A DNA stretch of 38,612 nucleotides, taken from positions 1 to 38,612 of the forward strand of contig DATFUO010000007.1 of the NCBI GenBank assembly GCA_035260785.1, in the 5' to 3' direction. The translations under genes and the position numbers were made by a program. The stretch is from Burkholderiales bacterium (GTDB taxonomy: Bacteria; Pseudomonadota; Gammaproteobacteria; Burkholderiales; JACQAP01). Below, in pieces: positions 17,069 to 25,451 of this stretch; position 1 is the first letter of the stretch, and every line of letters begins with the position of its first letter. Under the pieces are notes generated by a model. That model saw nothing but the letters and a program-made list of their open reading frames with translations, searched no databases and had not been told where the DNA came from.

Positions 17069-17587
17069 CTATCTGAGTTTGGCGATTTCGCGCAGTTGCT
17101 GATCGTAGTGATCGGAGAGGGCCTTCAGGCATTGCTTCAGCGACGCCTTGGCCTGATCGTACTTTCTGTTTTCTCCGGCCATGGCACGCTCGCGGACGTC
17201 GGACGATGAACTGCCCCGGTCGCCGCCTGAAGGGGCCGAAAACCGGTTCACATCGAGCGAGGGGGCCTTGTCCAGCTTGCGCGCAATTTCACTCAAACGG
17301 CTGCGCGATTGATTGAACTCCCGGGTCAGCGCGGAGTAGCGCCTGTCGGTGGCGCGGATGCGGGCCTTGCGATACTCTTTTAGCTGACTGGTATTTGCCT
17401 CCAGGTGCGTGATCAGTGCGGCAACCTGGTTATTGATGATTGTCAATTCAGGATAGACCCGTGCCGGAACCGCGAGTTGCTTTGCCTGGGCAAGCAGATC
17501 CGCGGACATTGCATCCTGTGCGGCGAATTGCAGAACCAGCGCACAGACCCCGGCAATGAACGTCATTCCGGTCGTCAACAATTTCAT
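17069..17587 (-). CDS. Secreted coiled-coil hypothetical protein
   Basis: 172 aa from ATG 17587. The signal peptide is MKLLTTGMTFIAGVCALVLQFAAQDAMS. The remainder is heptad-like and rich in Q/K/R/E/L. Confidence 0.6.
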   Translation of the reverse strand: MKLLTTGMTFIAGVCALVLQFAAQDAMSADLLAQAKQLAVPARVYPELTIINNQVAALITHLEANTSQLKEYRKARIRATDRRYSALTREFNQSRSRLSEIARKLDKAPSLDVNRFSAPSGGDRGSSSSDVRERAMAGENRKYDQAKASLKQCLKALSDHYDQQLREIAKLR

Positions 17588-17738
17588 TCTCAAGCGATTA
17601 CCCCCGGCTAGCGCCTCAACTTTCGATCGGGATCGCAATAATAAACTTTAGCTTCCGATTGCGCTCTCGTGCCATGGAAAAACGGCGCGGGTTTTGCGCT
17701 TGCGCGGTTCCGGGTGCGTCGGTCCTGCGTCTCCCGCC

Positions 17739-18701
17739 TCATTCGAACCCGTACAGTGCCGCCGGATTCTCGACCAGCACCTTGCGCAAGGTACGTGCAT
17801 CCGGCGCCCAGTCGGCCAACAGGTCGAACAGGACGGCGTCGTCGGGTTTGCTGGCGATATCCTTTACCGTCGGATGCGGCCAGTCGCTGCCCCAGATCAT
17901 GCGTTCCGGAGCCGCCTTGACGAAGGCCCTGCCTACCGCGCTGGTATCCGAATAACCCGGCGGCCCGACCTTCGTATCGTGGTAGGCACCCGACACCTTC
18001 ACCCACGCCCGCCCCTTGTCGACCAGCCCGAGAACGACGCGAAACGACGGATGTTCGATGCCCTCGGGTTGCGGAACGCGCCCGAGGTGGTCGAATACGA
18101 TCGGGGTCGGCAGGCGCAGCAGCAGATCCTCGATCTGCACGATCTGGTCGCCCAGCATGTGGATCTGCACATGCCAGCCGAGATCGTGCACGCGCCTGGA
18201 CAGTGGCTCCACCATTTCCAGCGAAGTCGCTCCCTTCTGCACGAGATTGAAACGGATGCCGCGTACGCCGAGACCAGCGAGGCGCTTGAGCTCGGCATCC
18301 GTCACCGTGTCGTCGACCACCGCCACTACGCGCGCGCTCGATCCGAGTTTTGCCGCGGCCTCGAGCGACGGCCGGTTGTCCGTGCCGTAAGTCGACGGCG
18401 TGACGATGACGGTACGCGACGTGCCGATGCGATGCTGCAACTTCCGGTAGTCGTCGACGGTCGAATTCGGCGGCCGCAGGGTCGCATTCGCTGCCGCGGG
18501 AAATCGATCATCGTAGAAGTGCATGTGACAATCGCAGGCGTTGGCCGGCGCTTTGAGATGCGGCGCCGCCGTGCCGGAGGAAAACGGCACGCGATGTTCT
18601 TCGGCACGGCCTTCGGCCAGGGTCATGCCGCCTGCCGCCGCCAGAGCCGCCCGCCCCGCCTGCCTGATGAAAGTACGGCGGCTGATCTTGTCGTCTGTCA
18701 T
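17739..18701 (-). CDS. Amidohydrolase-2 family metal-dependent hydrolase with Tat signal
   Basis: The N-terminus is SRRTFIRQAGRAALAAAGG. A metal-binding CDCHMHFYD (HxH) is present. The C-terminus WGSDWPHP is typical of the LigI/amidohydrolase_2 group. Confidence 0.85.
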   Translation of the reverse strand: MTDDKISRRTFIRQAGRAALAAAGGMTLAEGRAEEHRVPFSSGTAAPHLKAPANACDCHMHFYDDRFPAAANATLRPPNSTVDDYRKLQHRIGTSRTVIVTPSTYGTDNRPSLEAAAKLGSSARVVAVVDDTVTDAELKRLAGLGVRGIRFNLVQKGATSLEMVEPLSRRVHDLGWHVQIHMLGDQIVQIEDLLLRLPTPIVFDHLGRVPQPEGIEHPSFRVVLGLVDKGRAWVKVSGAYHDTKVGPPGYSDTSAVGRAFVKAAPERMIWGSDWPHPTVKDIASKPDDAVLFDLLADWAPDARTLRKVLVENPAALYGFE

Positions 18702-18811
18702 GTTTTCCTCCTTCGCTGTCTGAACTCCATATCCCGGGACTCATTGTACGGCGGCGCGCCGTCGTCGCTGCGTGTAAAATCCGACGATACCAAGCCCCTC
18801 GAATTATAAAA

Positions 18812-19705
18812 TTGAACGTCCCCGGCTCATTGCCTACGCTGGCCAGCTTCGTGTTCATCCGCATTACGGAGTTCGCGCGCCGGCCGGTGCCGGAGCAGGC
18901 ACGATTGCGCGCACAGCTCGAATCCGCACTCGCGGTGGCGCTGATACGCATCCCTGAACGCATCCGCATCGTTCTCGACGCGCCGGACGGCATGGCGCTC
19001 GCCGTGCTGGACAACCCGGCTGCCGCGCTCGACATTGCCCAACGCTGCATGAGTGCGTCGGCCGCCGGCGTTTCGATGGCAGTGGCGATCAACCATGGCG
19101 CCATCCGCCTCGCCCCGGACGCGAGCGGACACCAGGGCTTGATAGGCGATGCCGTGGGCACCGCGTCGGCCATCGCGCATTTTGCCGGGCCTTCGCGCCT
19201 GTTCGTGTCGCGTTCGTTCCGTGAGGCCCTCGCCCAATCCGCCCCGGCGCGCGCGGTTTCCATCCGGCCGGCCGGCATCTTCACCGACGCGAATGTGCGC
19301 ACCCATGAATTATTTTCCCCGGATCCGGCCTCCGCGCTTCGTCGCCGCAAAATCCTCGCGGCTGTGGGCGCAATAGTGTTGATCGGCATCCTGGCAACGG
19401 TGGTGTATTTCCGCGACAGCATCCGCCGCGAGTTGCGTGCCGGCCAGCCGGCCACGCTCGCCTTCGACGTCTATCCGGATGGCGACATTTTCGTGGACGG
19501 CATCGCGAGGGGAAAAAGCCCGCCGCTGGCTAGCCTGCGGGTCGAACCCGGCCTGCACACCATTGAACTCAGGAAGAAAGGCGAAATCCCCTTTCGCACC
19601 AGCGTCGACCTGCAGGCCGGCAGATCCGCGACCATAACGTACGCCTTCGCGCCGGGCGGCGAACGCAGCATGCCGCGCCGCCTGCGGGATTGGCTGCTGC
19701 GATGA
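18812..19705 (+). CDS. Membrane protein: degenerate nucleotidyl-cyclase-like N-domain, TM helix, PEGA domain
   Basis: 297 aa with a TTG start at 18812. The N-domain pattern (ASFVFIRITEF...PDGMALAV...AINHGAIRL...IGDAVGTASAIAHFA) follows the class III cyclase fold, but the metal-binding Asp positions appear substituted. The TM helix is ILAAVGAIVLIGILATVVYF. The PEGA-like segment is VYPDGDIFVDGIARGKSP...VEPGLHTIELRKKG. Confidence 0.7.
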   Translation: MNVPGSLPTLASFVFIRITEFARRPVPEQARLRAQLESALAVALIRIPERIRIVLDAPDGMALAVLDNPAAALDIAQRCMSASAAGVSMAVAINHGAIRLAPDASGHQGLIGDAVGTASAIAHFAGPSRLFVSRSFREALAQSAPARAVSIRPAGIFTDANVRTHELFSPDPASALRRRKILAAVGAIVLIGILATVVYFRDSIRRELRAGQPATLAFDVYPDGDIFVDGIARGKSPPLASLRVEPGLHTIELRKKGEIPFRTSVDLQAGRSATITYAFAPGGERSMPRRLRDWLLR

Positions 19706-20910
19706 GCGACATGACGCAGCTCGGCCGCTACAAGATTCTGGGGGAACTCGGACGCGGCGCGATGGGCGTCGTTTACCGGGCCGAAGACCCCGTGCTCGAC
19801 CGTCAACTCGCCATCAAGACCGTATTCGTGCCGGCTGACGACTCGGACCGCAGGGAATACGAAGCACGCTTCACCCAGGAAGCCAGAGCAGCCGGCAAGC
19901 TCGGCCATCCCGGCATCGTAACCATCTACGACGTCGGCCGCGAAGGTGAAGTGGTCTACATGGCAATGGAGTTGCTCGAAGGCGTCGATCTCGGTGCCCA
20001 GGCGGCGACGCGCCGGTATTCGGTGACGGAAGCGCTCACAATCGTCGAACAGGTTGCGGACGCATTGGCATTCGCCCATGACCGCGGCGTGGTCCACCGC
20101 GACATCAAGCCGCCCAACATCATGCTCGTCGGCGGCGGGCGCGTGAAGATCATGGACTTCGGCATCGCACGCATGCGCTCATCGGACCTCAAGACGCAGA
20201 CCGGGCTGATGATGGGCACGCCGCGCTATATGTCGCCGGAGCAAGTGGCCGGTCGGCCGGTGGACCAGCGCTCCGACATATTCTCCCTTGGCACCGTGCT
20301 GTACGAATTGCTTACCGACACGCGGCTTTTCGCGGGCAACGACGCGACGGAGATCATGTACAACGTCTCGCAGTTGCGCCCGGCGCCGCCAAGCCGCATC
20401 AATCGACAGGTTCCCGCAATGCTGGACCTTGTGGTTGCCAAGGCGCTCGAAAAGGATGCCGGCGAGCGCTATCAGGACGCGCACCAGTTCGCGGCCGACT
20501 TGCGCGCGTGCCTGAACGAACTTGGTGTTCAGCGCACAGATACCGCCCCGACGCAACGCAACGACCGGCGCTCCGGTGCGGCACGCACGGACGACAAGAC
20601 GGAAAAATTACCCGCCGGGGACGGCACTTCGACCCTTCCGGCGGTCGATGCCGGCACACGAGCGGGCGCCGCCAAGGCGCAGATCATCATCGTCGATTCG
20701 AATACTCGACTGGCCGTATCGCGCCTACTCGATTCCTCGGCGGCGCTCAAGCGCCTGACCGAGCCGGAAAACAAAGATCACACCAGGCTGATCGCGTCAC
20801 CTCAGCCTACCAACTTCATGGTGCGGATGTGGCGCGATCTGGAAATGCGGATTCTCGCCGGTATCATCCTTGCGGTGACGATAGTCGGCGTTCTCGTGGC
20901 AGCGTATTGA
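19702..20910 (+). CDS. Ser/Thr protein kinase (Hanks type), C-terminally membrane anchored
   Basis: Motifs GELGRGAMGVVY, LAIKTV, HRDIKPPNIML, DFGIAR and YMSPEQ. The C-terminal TM helix is ILAGIILAVTIVGVLVAAY. Its ATG at 19702 overlaps the stop of the PEGA gene as ATGA. Confidence 0.9.
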   Translation: MSDMTQLGRYKILGELGRGAMGVVYRAEDPVLDRQLAIKTVFVPADDSDRREYEARFTQEARAAGKLGHPGIVTIYDVGREGEVVYMAMELLEGVDLGAQAATRRYSVTEALTIVEQVADALAFAHDRGVVHRDIKPPNIMLVGGGRVKIMDFGIARMRSSDLKTQTGLMMGTPRYMSPEQVAGRPVDQRSDIFSLGTVLYELLTDTRLFAGNDATEIMYNVSQLRPAPPSRINRQVPAMLDLVVAKALEKDAGERYQDAHQFAADLRACLNELGVQRTDTAPTQRNDRRSGAARTDDKTEKLPAGDGTSTLPAVDAGTRAGAAKAQIIIVDSNTRLAVSRLLDSSAALKRLTEPENKDHTRLIASPQPTNFMVRMWRDLEMRILAGIILAVTIVGVLVAAY

Positions 20911-21142
20911 GTCTGCCGGCAGCGCCTGCTTTGTTGTCGCAAGCGCCGCGCTGTGCGCCGATGGACCGGTTAACAGTACCGTCACGTTTTCCACCTGGGC
21001 CGGTTCCTCAGTTACCCGTGAAAGTCCATGCCGTCGATCGCGGCCAAGCGCGGCAACCCTCGATAGGAAGCCCAACGACTGGGTCGCCGTTCCGGGCGCT
21101 TGGTATTTCCACGCGACCAGGTTATCCGGAGGGACGAAGCGG

Positions 21143-21178
21143 AAAATAAAAAAGCCCGGGAAATCCCGGGCTTTTTTC
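21143..21178. terminator. Bidirectional rho-independent terminator
   Basis: An A-rich run precedes stem AGCCCGGG (21153-21160), loop AAAT, stem CCCGGGCT (21165-21172) and a T-run. It serves the csp gene on the minus strand and the kinase operon on the plus strand. Confidence 0.8.
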
Positions 21179-21229
21179 CCGGATCCGAGTCCTGAATCCC
21201 CGGTCCCGAGCCCTGCGTTCGCGTCCCGT

Positions 21230-21433
21230 TCAGGCGGGGCGGATATTCGACGCCTGATCTCCCTTGGGTCCGGTCGTCTTGTCGAAGGTCACCTTCTGGT
21301 TTTCCTTGAGCGACTTGAAGCCGTTACCCTGGATCGCGGAGAAATGGGCAAACAAATCCTTGCCGCCGTCATCCGGGGTAATGAAGCCAAAACCCTTTGC
21401 GTCGTTGAACCACTTAACGGTACCTGAGGCCAT
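21230..21433 (-). CDS. cspA: Cold-shock protein, CspA family (copy 1)
   Basis: 67 aa: [34 protein letters not shown]. The RNP1 (KGFGFI) and RNP2 (LFAHF) motifs are present. Confidence 0.95.
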   Translation of the reverse strand: MASGTVKWFNDAKGFGFITPDDGGKDLFAHFSAIQGNGFKSLKENQKVTFDKTTGPKGDQASNIRPA

Positions 21434-21610
21434 CTTTATTCGTCCTTGAAAAAATTAGTAATAGAGGCTTTCGCCAGAAGGCGGCAGACCAAGAGGAGAA
21501 ATTAAGGAGATCTGAGGAGTACCGTCAGAACGGGGCTACGACCGACCAGCAATATCAGCGCTTGGAGATTCCTGCGGCTCCCTTATACCCTTTTGTCCGT
21601 AATCGGTCAA
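21434..21610 (-). promoter_or_regulatory. csp promoter (TTGACC-N17-TATAAG) plus a ~140-nt conserved 5' UTR
   Basis: On the minus strand the -35 TTGACC is at 21605-21610 and the -10 TATAAG at 21582-21587, with 17-nt spacing. About 100 nt of the leader (21489-21590) is near-identical to the leader of the second csp copy. Confidence 0.7.
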
Positions 21611-21683
21611 AGGCCTTAAAGGGGCCGCGAGGACTGTTTTGTATGACATATCCGGGAATTTATATGACCATGGCCTACGTGTT

Positions 21684-22646
21684 TCACGGCGCAAGCGACG
21701 CGGTATAGGCGGCAATCGCCACCATGTCTTCTTCGGTCAATCCCGCGACGACGCTCTTCATCAGTTCCGTCCATTGCCCGTTGCGCACACCGTGCCGGAT
21801 ATCATAGAGCTGGCGCACGATATAGCTCGGGGAACGGCCGGCCAGTGCTGGCACCGGACCGAGCCCCTTCAGTTCCGCGCCATGGCAGATCGCGCACGGC
21901 GTAGTTTTGCCCGCGCCGTTCGTGATCAACGCCTCGCCTTTGCGGATGCTTCCGACCGGGGCATAGGCGATAAAACCCGAAGCCGAGTCGCGCAGCTCGG
22001 TGCGTTCGAGATTTTCCGGCATTTCGATGATGCGCTGGCCGATCGGTTCCATGCCGCCGCTGTCGTTCGCAATCAGCATCCAGCCGCCGACTTTGGTTTT
22101 CGGCACCGTTGCGGTTTCGACAACGCGGATCCACGGCGCCGGTTTCAGCGATGCGAAATATTCGGCGGCGACCTTCGTGTCTTCCTCGCTGACCAGTTTC
22201 GCGACGGAAATCATCAGATTGATCGGCAGGCTCGCGGGCTCCGAACTCTTTCTGGCACCGCTCCTGAAGTCCGCCACCTGCTGCGCGATGTACGCGGCGG
22301 GAAGCCCCGCGAGGCTGGAGTTCTCCGGGCGCCCAAGGCCGTTGGGCAGATGACAAAATCCGCACGCGAACTGACCCGGCTTGTTGCCGCGTCCGACGAC
22401 ATCGGGCATCGACGGATGATTGTCGGGATGCCAGTCTGGCGGACTGAACAGATCGCGAATCTGCGTCAGCGTGTATGCGGCTGCGCTGCCGGGTACGTGC
22501 TTCAACGAGCCGTCGTCGGCTGCGGGTTTGAGTCCGGGAGGATTAACCGGATAGGCCCACACCGGAAGCAAATCCGCCGCATCGGCGGGAACGACGGCAG
22601 CAACGGCCAGGAATATGCTTGTCAGGATGACTGCGAACGTGTTCAT
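21684..22646 (-). CDS. Dihaem c-type cytochrome
   Basis: Two CxxCH motifs (CGFCH, CAICH). The signal peptide is MNTFAVILTSIFLAVAAVVPADA. The ATG at 22646 has a G-rich RBS. An alternative ATG at 22676 sits immediately after a TATAAT hexamer (22685-22690, minus strand). Confidence 0.85.
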   Translation of the reverse strand: MNTFAVILTSIFLAVAAVVPADAADLLPVWAYPVNPPGLKPAADDGSLKHVPGSAAAYTLTQIRDLFSPPDWHPDNHPSMPDVVGRGNKPGQFACGFCHLPNGLGRPENSSLAGLPAAYIAQQVADFRSGARKSSEPASLPINLMISVAKLVSEEDTKVAAEYFASLKPAPWIRVVETATVPKTKVGGWMLIANDSGGMEPIGQRIIEMPENLERTELRDSASGFIAYAPVGSIRKGEALITNGAGKTTPCAICHGAELKGLGPVPALAGRSPSYIVRQLYDIRHGVRNGQWTELMKSVVAGLTEEDMVAIAAYTASLAP

Positions 22647-22905
22647 ACGCCCCCAAATGTTTTTATATTGTGTCATGCGTTGGCATTATAGGCACGATGG
22701 GCACTGGCATGCGGAGGCGAGGGCTTGGGACGCCGGACTCCGTAAAGGAGAATAGCCAATCCGTCGAGTTGCAACGATGACAGACCGGGTGAAACAGCAT
22801 CTGCCTGAGTCCTGAGCCCTCCGTGCCGAGTCCTGCCTTACTTTCCTTCGTCGTAGTTTGCTACGCTACGCAGTTAACCCGTTCAAAAATCTTCACGGAG
22901 GTCCC

Positions 22906-23940
22906 ATGCGCTACCGCCTTCTCGGCCGTTCCGGCCTGCTCGTTTCGGAAATCTGCCTTGGTACCATGACTTATGGCGGCAAGGGGCGCTGGCAGCCGAT
23001 CGGGCAGCTCGGCCTTGCGGAAGTCGAGGGCCAGATCAAGACGGTGGTCGAAGCGGGCGTCAATTTCATCGATACCGCAGACGTCTACTCGGAAGGAGAC
23101 TCGGAGGGACTGGTCGGCCAGGCGCTGAAGAATCTCAAATTGCCGCGCGAGGAACTGGTCATCGCCACCAAGGTTCGCATCCGCATGGGTCCGGGACCGA
23201 ACCAGGTCGGCCTGTCGCGCGGGCACATCATGGACGGAGTGAATGCCAGCCTGCGTCGCCTGCAACTGGATCACATCGATCTTTACCAGATCCACGGACA
23301 GGATCTGGCAACGCCGCTGGAGGAAACGCTGCGCGCACTCGAAGATCTGATCCGTTCCGGTAAAGTGCGTTATATAGGACTGAGCAACCATGCCGCATGG
23401 CAGATCATGAAGGCGGTTTCAATTTCGCAGTATCGAGGCTGGAACCGGTTCGAGAGCATTCAGTCGTACTACTCGCTGGCCGGACGGGACCTTGAACGCG
23501 AAATCGTACCGGTTGCGCTGGATCAGGGATTGGGCATCCTGGTGTGGAGTCCGCTGGCAGGCGGACTCCTGTCTGGAAAGTTCGCCGAGAATGACAAGGG
23601 GCCGGACGGCGCAAGGCGCACCAACTTCGATTTCCCGCCTGTCGATCGCCCGCGCGCCTTCCGCTGCGTTGAAGCGATGCGGCCGATTGCCGGCGCGCAT
23701 GGCGTTTCCGTTGCACGGGTCGCATTGGCCTGGCTGCTGCGTCAGCCGGCGGTCGCCAGCATTATCGTCGGCGCGAAAACAAAGCAACAACTCGCCGACA
23801 ACATTGCCGCCGTCGATCTGAAATTATCCGAAACCGAACTGAAATCCCTGGACGAAGCGAGCCGATTGCCGCCGGAATACCCGGGATGGATGTTCGATCG
23901 CCAGAACATGGATCGTTTTCCGGGCGGCGCGATCAAGTAA
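22906..23940 (+). CDS. Aldo/keto reductase
   Basis: RBS ACGGAGG precedes the ATG at 22906. The sequence MRYRLLGRSGLLVSEICLGTMTYGG...FIDTADVYSEGDSE...IGLSNH is typical of the AKR family. Confidence 0.92.
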   Translation: MRYRLLGRSGLLVSEICLGTMTYGGKGRWQPIGQLGLAEVEGQIKTVVEAGVNFIDTADVYSEGDSEGLVGQALKNLKLPREELVIATKVRIRMGPGPNQVGLSRGHIMDGVNASLRRLQLDHIDLYQIHGQDLATPLEETLRALEDLIRSGKVRYIGLSNHAAWQIMKAVSISQYRGWNRFESIQSYYSLAGRDLEREIVPVALDQGLGILVWSPLAGGLLSGKFAENDKGPDGARRTNFDFPPVDRPRAFRCVEAMRPIAGAHGVSVARVALAWLLRQPAVASIIVGAKTKQQLADNIAAVDLKLSETELKSLDEASRLPPEYPGWMFDRQNMDRFPGGAIK

Positions 23941-24012
23941 TCGTGACGGCCGTGATGATCGTGATGATCGTGACGGCCGTGATGATCGTCACGACCGTCA
24001 CGTTCGTCACAG
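23941..24012. repeat. Eight tandem 9-bp units carrying CGTGA(C/T)G (5 units), then inverted CGTCAC(G/A) (3 units)
   Basis: Motif starts fall at 23942, 23951, 23960, 23969, 23978, 23987, 23996 and 24005, exactly 9 bp apart. The array begins one base after the AKR stop codon. Confidence 0.85.
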
Positions 24013-24152
24013 CCCTTCGTTTCACTACGTTACATTGCAACGCAAACCCTCCCTGTAGACCTAGCGTTGAGGAATCAGCGGCAATCGGAAAAGAACTTCC
24101 CGGACCCTTCCGGCATTCCGACTGCGGCACCAACTCTATACAGGAGATCACA

Positions 24153-24644
24153 ATGAGCAAGACGTTCACTCTGCGCAGCGGCGTTCTCGCAATGAGCCTG
24201 CTCGCCGCTTCGGGCTTCGCAATGGCGGCCGACGAAGCGCCGAACAGCCCGCCCCCGGGCAAGCATGCACAACACCGGCAATTCGATCCGGTGGCGCACA
24301 CGCATCGCAACCTCGACACACTCGCGCAAAAACTCAACCTGAAAGACGAGCAGAAATCCGCCTGGCAGGTTTACGCGGACAGCGCGATTTCACTTGCGAA
24401 GGAAAAAGCGGTGAAGTTGGAAGAGCATCGCTCGCACAAGCGCGAAGCGCGCACCGAGGTCGATACGGCTACAAGGCTGGACAAGCTGTCGCAGGCCATG
24501 CGCGATCGCGCGGACCAGTTGCAGAAGGTCGCCCAGGACACGCGGGCTTTCGAAGGTGTTCTGTCTCCTGAACAGAAGACGATCTTCGACCTGTACTGGA
24601 AGGCACAGTTTCATCAACGCATGGGCCATCGTCCGCTGGCCTGA
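24153..24644 (+). CDS. CpxP/Spy-family periplasmic protein (LTXXQ motifs)
   Basis: RBS AGGAG lies at 24142-24146. The signal peptide is MSKTFTLRSGVLAMSLLAASGFAMA. LTXXQ-like motifs are present (LNLKDEQ, LSPEQK) in a helical, charged protein of 163 aa. Confidence 0.8.
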   Translation: MSKTFTLRSGVLAMSLLAASGFAMAADEAPNSPPPGKHAQHRQFDPVAHTHRNLDTLAQKLNLKDEQKSAWQVYADSAISLAKEKAVKLEEHRSHKREARTEVDTATRLDKLSQAMRDRADQLQKVAQDTRAFEGVLSPEQKTIFDLYWKAQFHQRMGHRPLA

Positions 24645-24666
24645 GCTTCAAGCATCCAGTGCAATG

Positions 24667-24698
24667 GCGGCCGCGCAGAGATGTGCGGCCGTTTTTTT
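24667..24698 (+). terminator. Rho-independent terminator
   Basis: Stem GGCCGC (24669-24674), a 10-nt loop, stem GCGGCC (24685-24690), then GTTTTTTT. Confidence 0.7.
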
Positions 24699-24863
24699 AC
24701 ACGCCCCATGGCAGCCGTTTGCAATGCACTGTGCGGGCCCGCAAAACCGTCGAATCGTCCGGAGTTTCGGGATCGTCGGCCGGGGGCTCCCGCTCGTTTC
24801 AACCTGCCCCACGACCGTTGCGAGTACCATAAGAGTCTAAACACATATCCGATTGGAACCGTC

Positions 24864-25130
24864 ATGGCAGCTCCGGCTATCGTACGGCCTGCAGATCCTG
24901 TGCGCGATCTTGCAGCGAAAATTTACATCGAACTGGTCTGCCGCAACGTCGTTACGACGGACGCCGCCGCGCAGATCAAATCCAATCCGGAGAACCTCGC
25001 CAGAATCAGCTTCAAGCTGGCCGAAACATTTCAGCGGGTAGAGGGAGAACTCAGGGCGCCGTCGATGCCGAAGAACCAGGAATTCGACATGAAAGCCGCG
25101 AGTCTGCCCGGGTGGGAAGCACAAAAATAA
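24864..25130 (+). CDS. Small hypothetical protein (88 aa)
   Basis: The ATG at 24864 gives MAAPAIVRPADPVRDLAAKIYIELVCRNVV. The composition is protein-like and third-position G+C is moderately high. The RBS is weak. The upstream part of the 24681 ORF looks non-coding. Confidence 0.5.
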   Translation: MAAPAIVRPADPVRDLAAKIYIELVCRNVVTTDAAAQIKSNPENLARISFKLAETFQRVEGELRAPSMPKNQEFDMKAASLPGWEAQK

Positions 25131-25190
25131 GCGGCCCGGACCGGTGGGCGCGCGGATTGCCGGCCGAACAGGTGCCGCACACAGGACGGG

Positions 25191-25226
25191 AAATGAATAA
25201 AGCCCGGTTGCCCGGGCTTTTTTTCG
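25191..25226. terminator. Bidirectional rho-independent terminator
   Basis: Stem AGCCCGG (25201-25207), loop TTGC, stem CCGGGCT (25212-25218), then T7, with an A-rich run upstream. The stem sequence is the same as in the terminator at 21143-21178. Confidence 0.8.
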
Positions 25227-25247
25227 ATCAGCGCTGATCCCCCCTGC

Positions 25248-25451
25248 TTACGCAGGTTGAATGTTGGATGCCTGATCGCCCTTGGGGCCAGTGGTCTTGT
25301 CGAACGTCACCTTCTGGTTTTCCTGCAGCGACTTGAAGCCGTTGCCCTGGATCGCGGAGAAGTGGGCAAACAAATCCTTGCCGCCGTCATCCGGGGTGAT
25401 GAAACCGAAACCTTTTGCGTCGTTGAACCACTTAACGGTACCTGAAGCCAT
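25248..25451 (-). CDS. cspA: Cold-shock protein, CspA family (copy 2)
   Basis: 67 aa, identical to copy 1 at 65 of 67 residues (K43Q, R64Q). Confidence 0.95.
   Translation of the reverse strand: MASGTVKWFNDAKGFGFITPDDGGKDLFAHFSAIQGNGFKSLQENQKVTFDKTTGPKGDQASNIQPA

Noticed and set aside
16227-17132. N-terminal 300 aa of the 420-aa ORF 15870-17132
   Set aside because: This part is antisense to the well-supported yceI gene and is Arg/His-rich. An internal ATG at 16226 with a GGAGAA RBS gives a compact 118-aa protein.
20911-21142. About 230-nt apparently non-coding stretch downstream of the Ser/Thr kinase gene
   Set aside because: I found no convincing ORF, hairpin series or known ncRNA motif. 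It may be a 3' UTR or decayed sequence, but I cannot support a feature call.
21186-21215. Short GAGTCCTGA(R)CCC motif shared with 22806-22836
   Set aside because: Only about 9-12 nt are shared, and I could identify no consistent secondary structure or position. This is compatible with chance in GC-rich intergenic DNA.
23941-24012. Possible CRISPR array
   Set aside because: The repeat units are only 9 bp with no unique spacers, and no cas genes are present in the window.
23886-24152. N-terminal extension of the CpxP-like ORF reading VTAVMIVMIVTAVMIVTTVTFVT
   Set aside because: The periodic peptide is simply the translation of the 9-bp DNA repeat. A good RBS and signal peptide begin at 24153.
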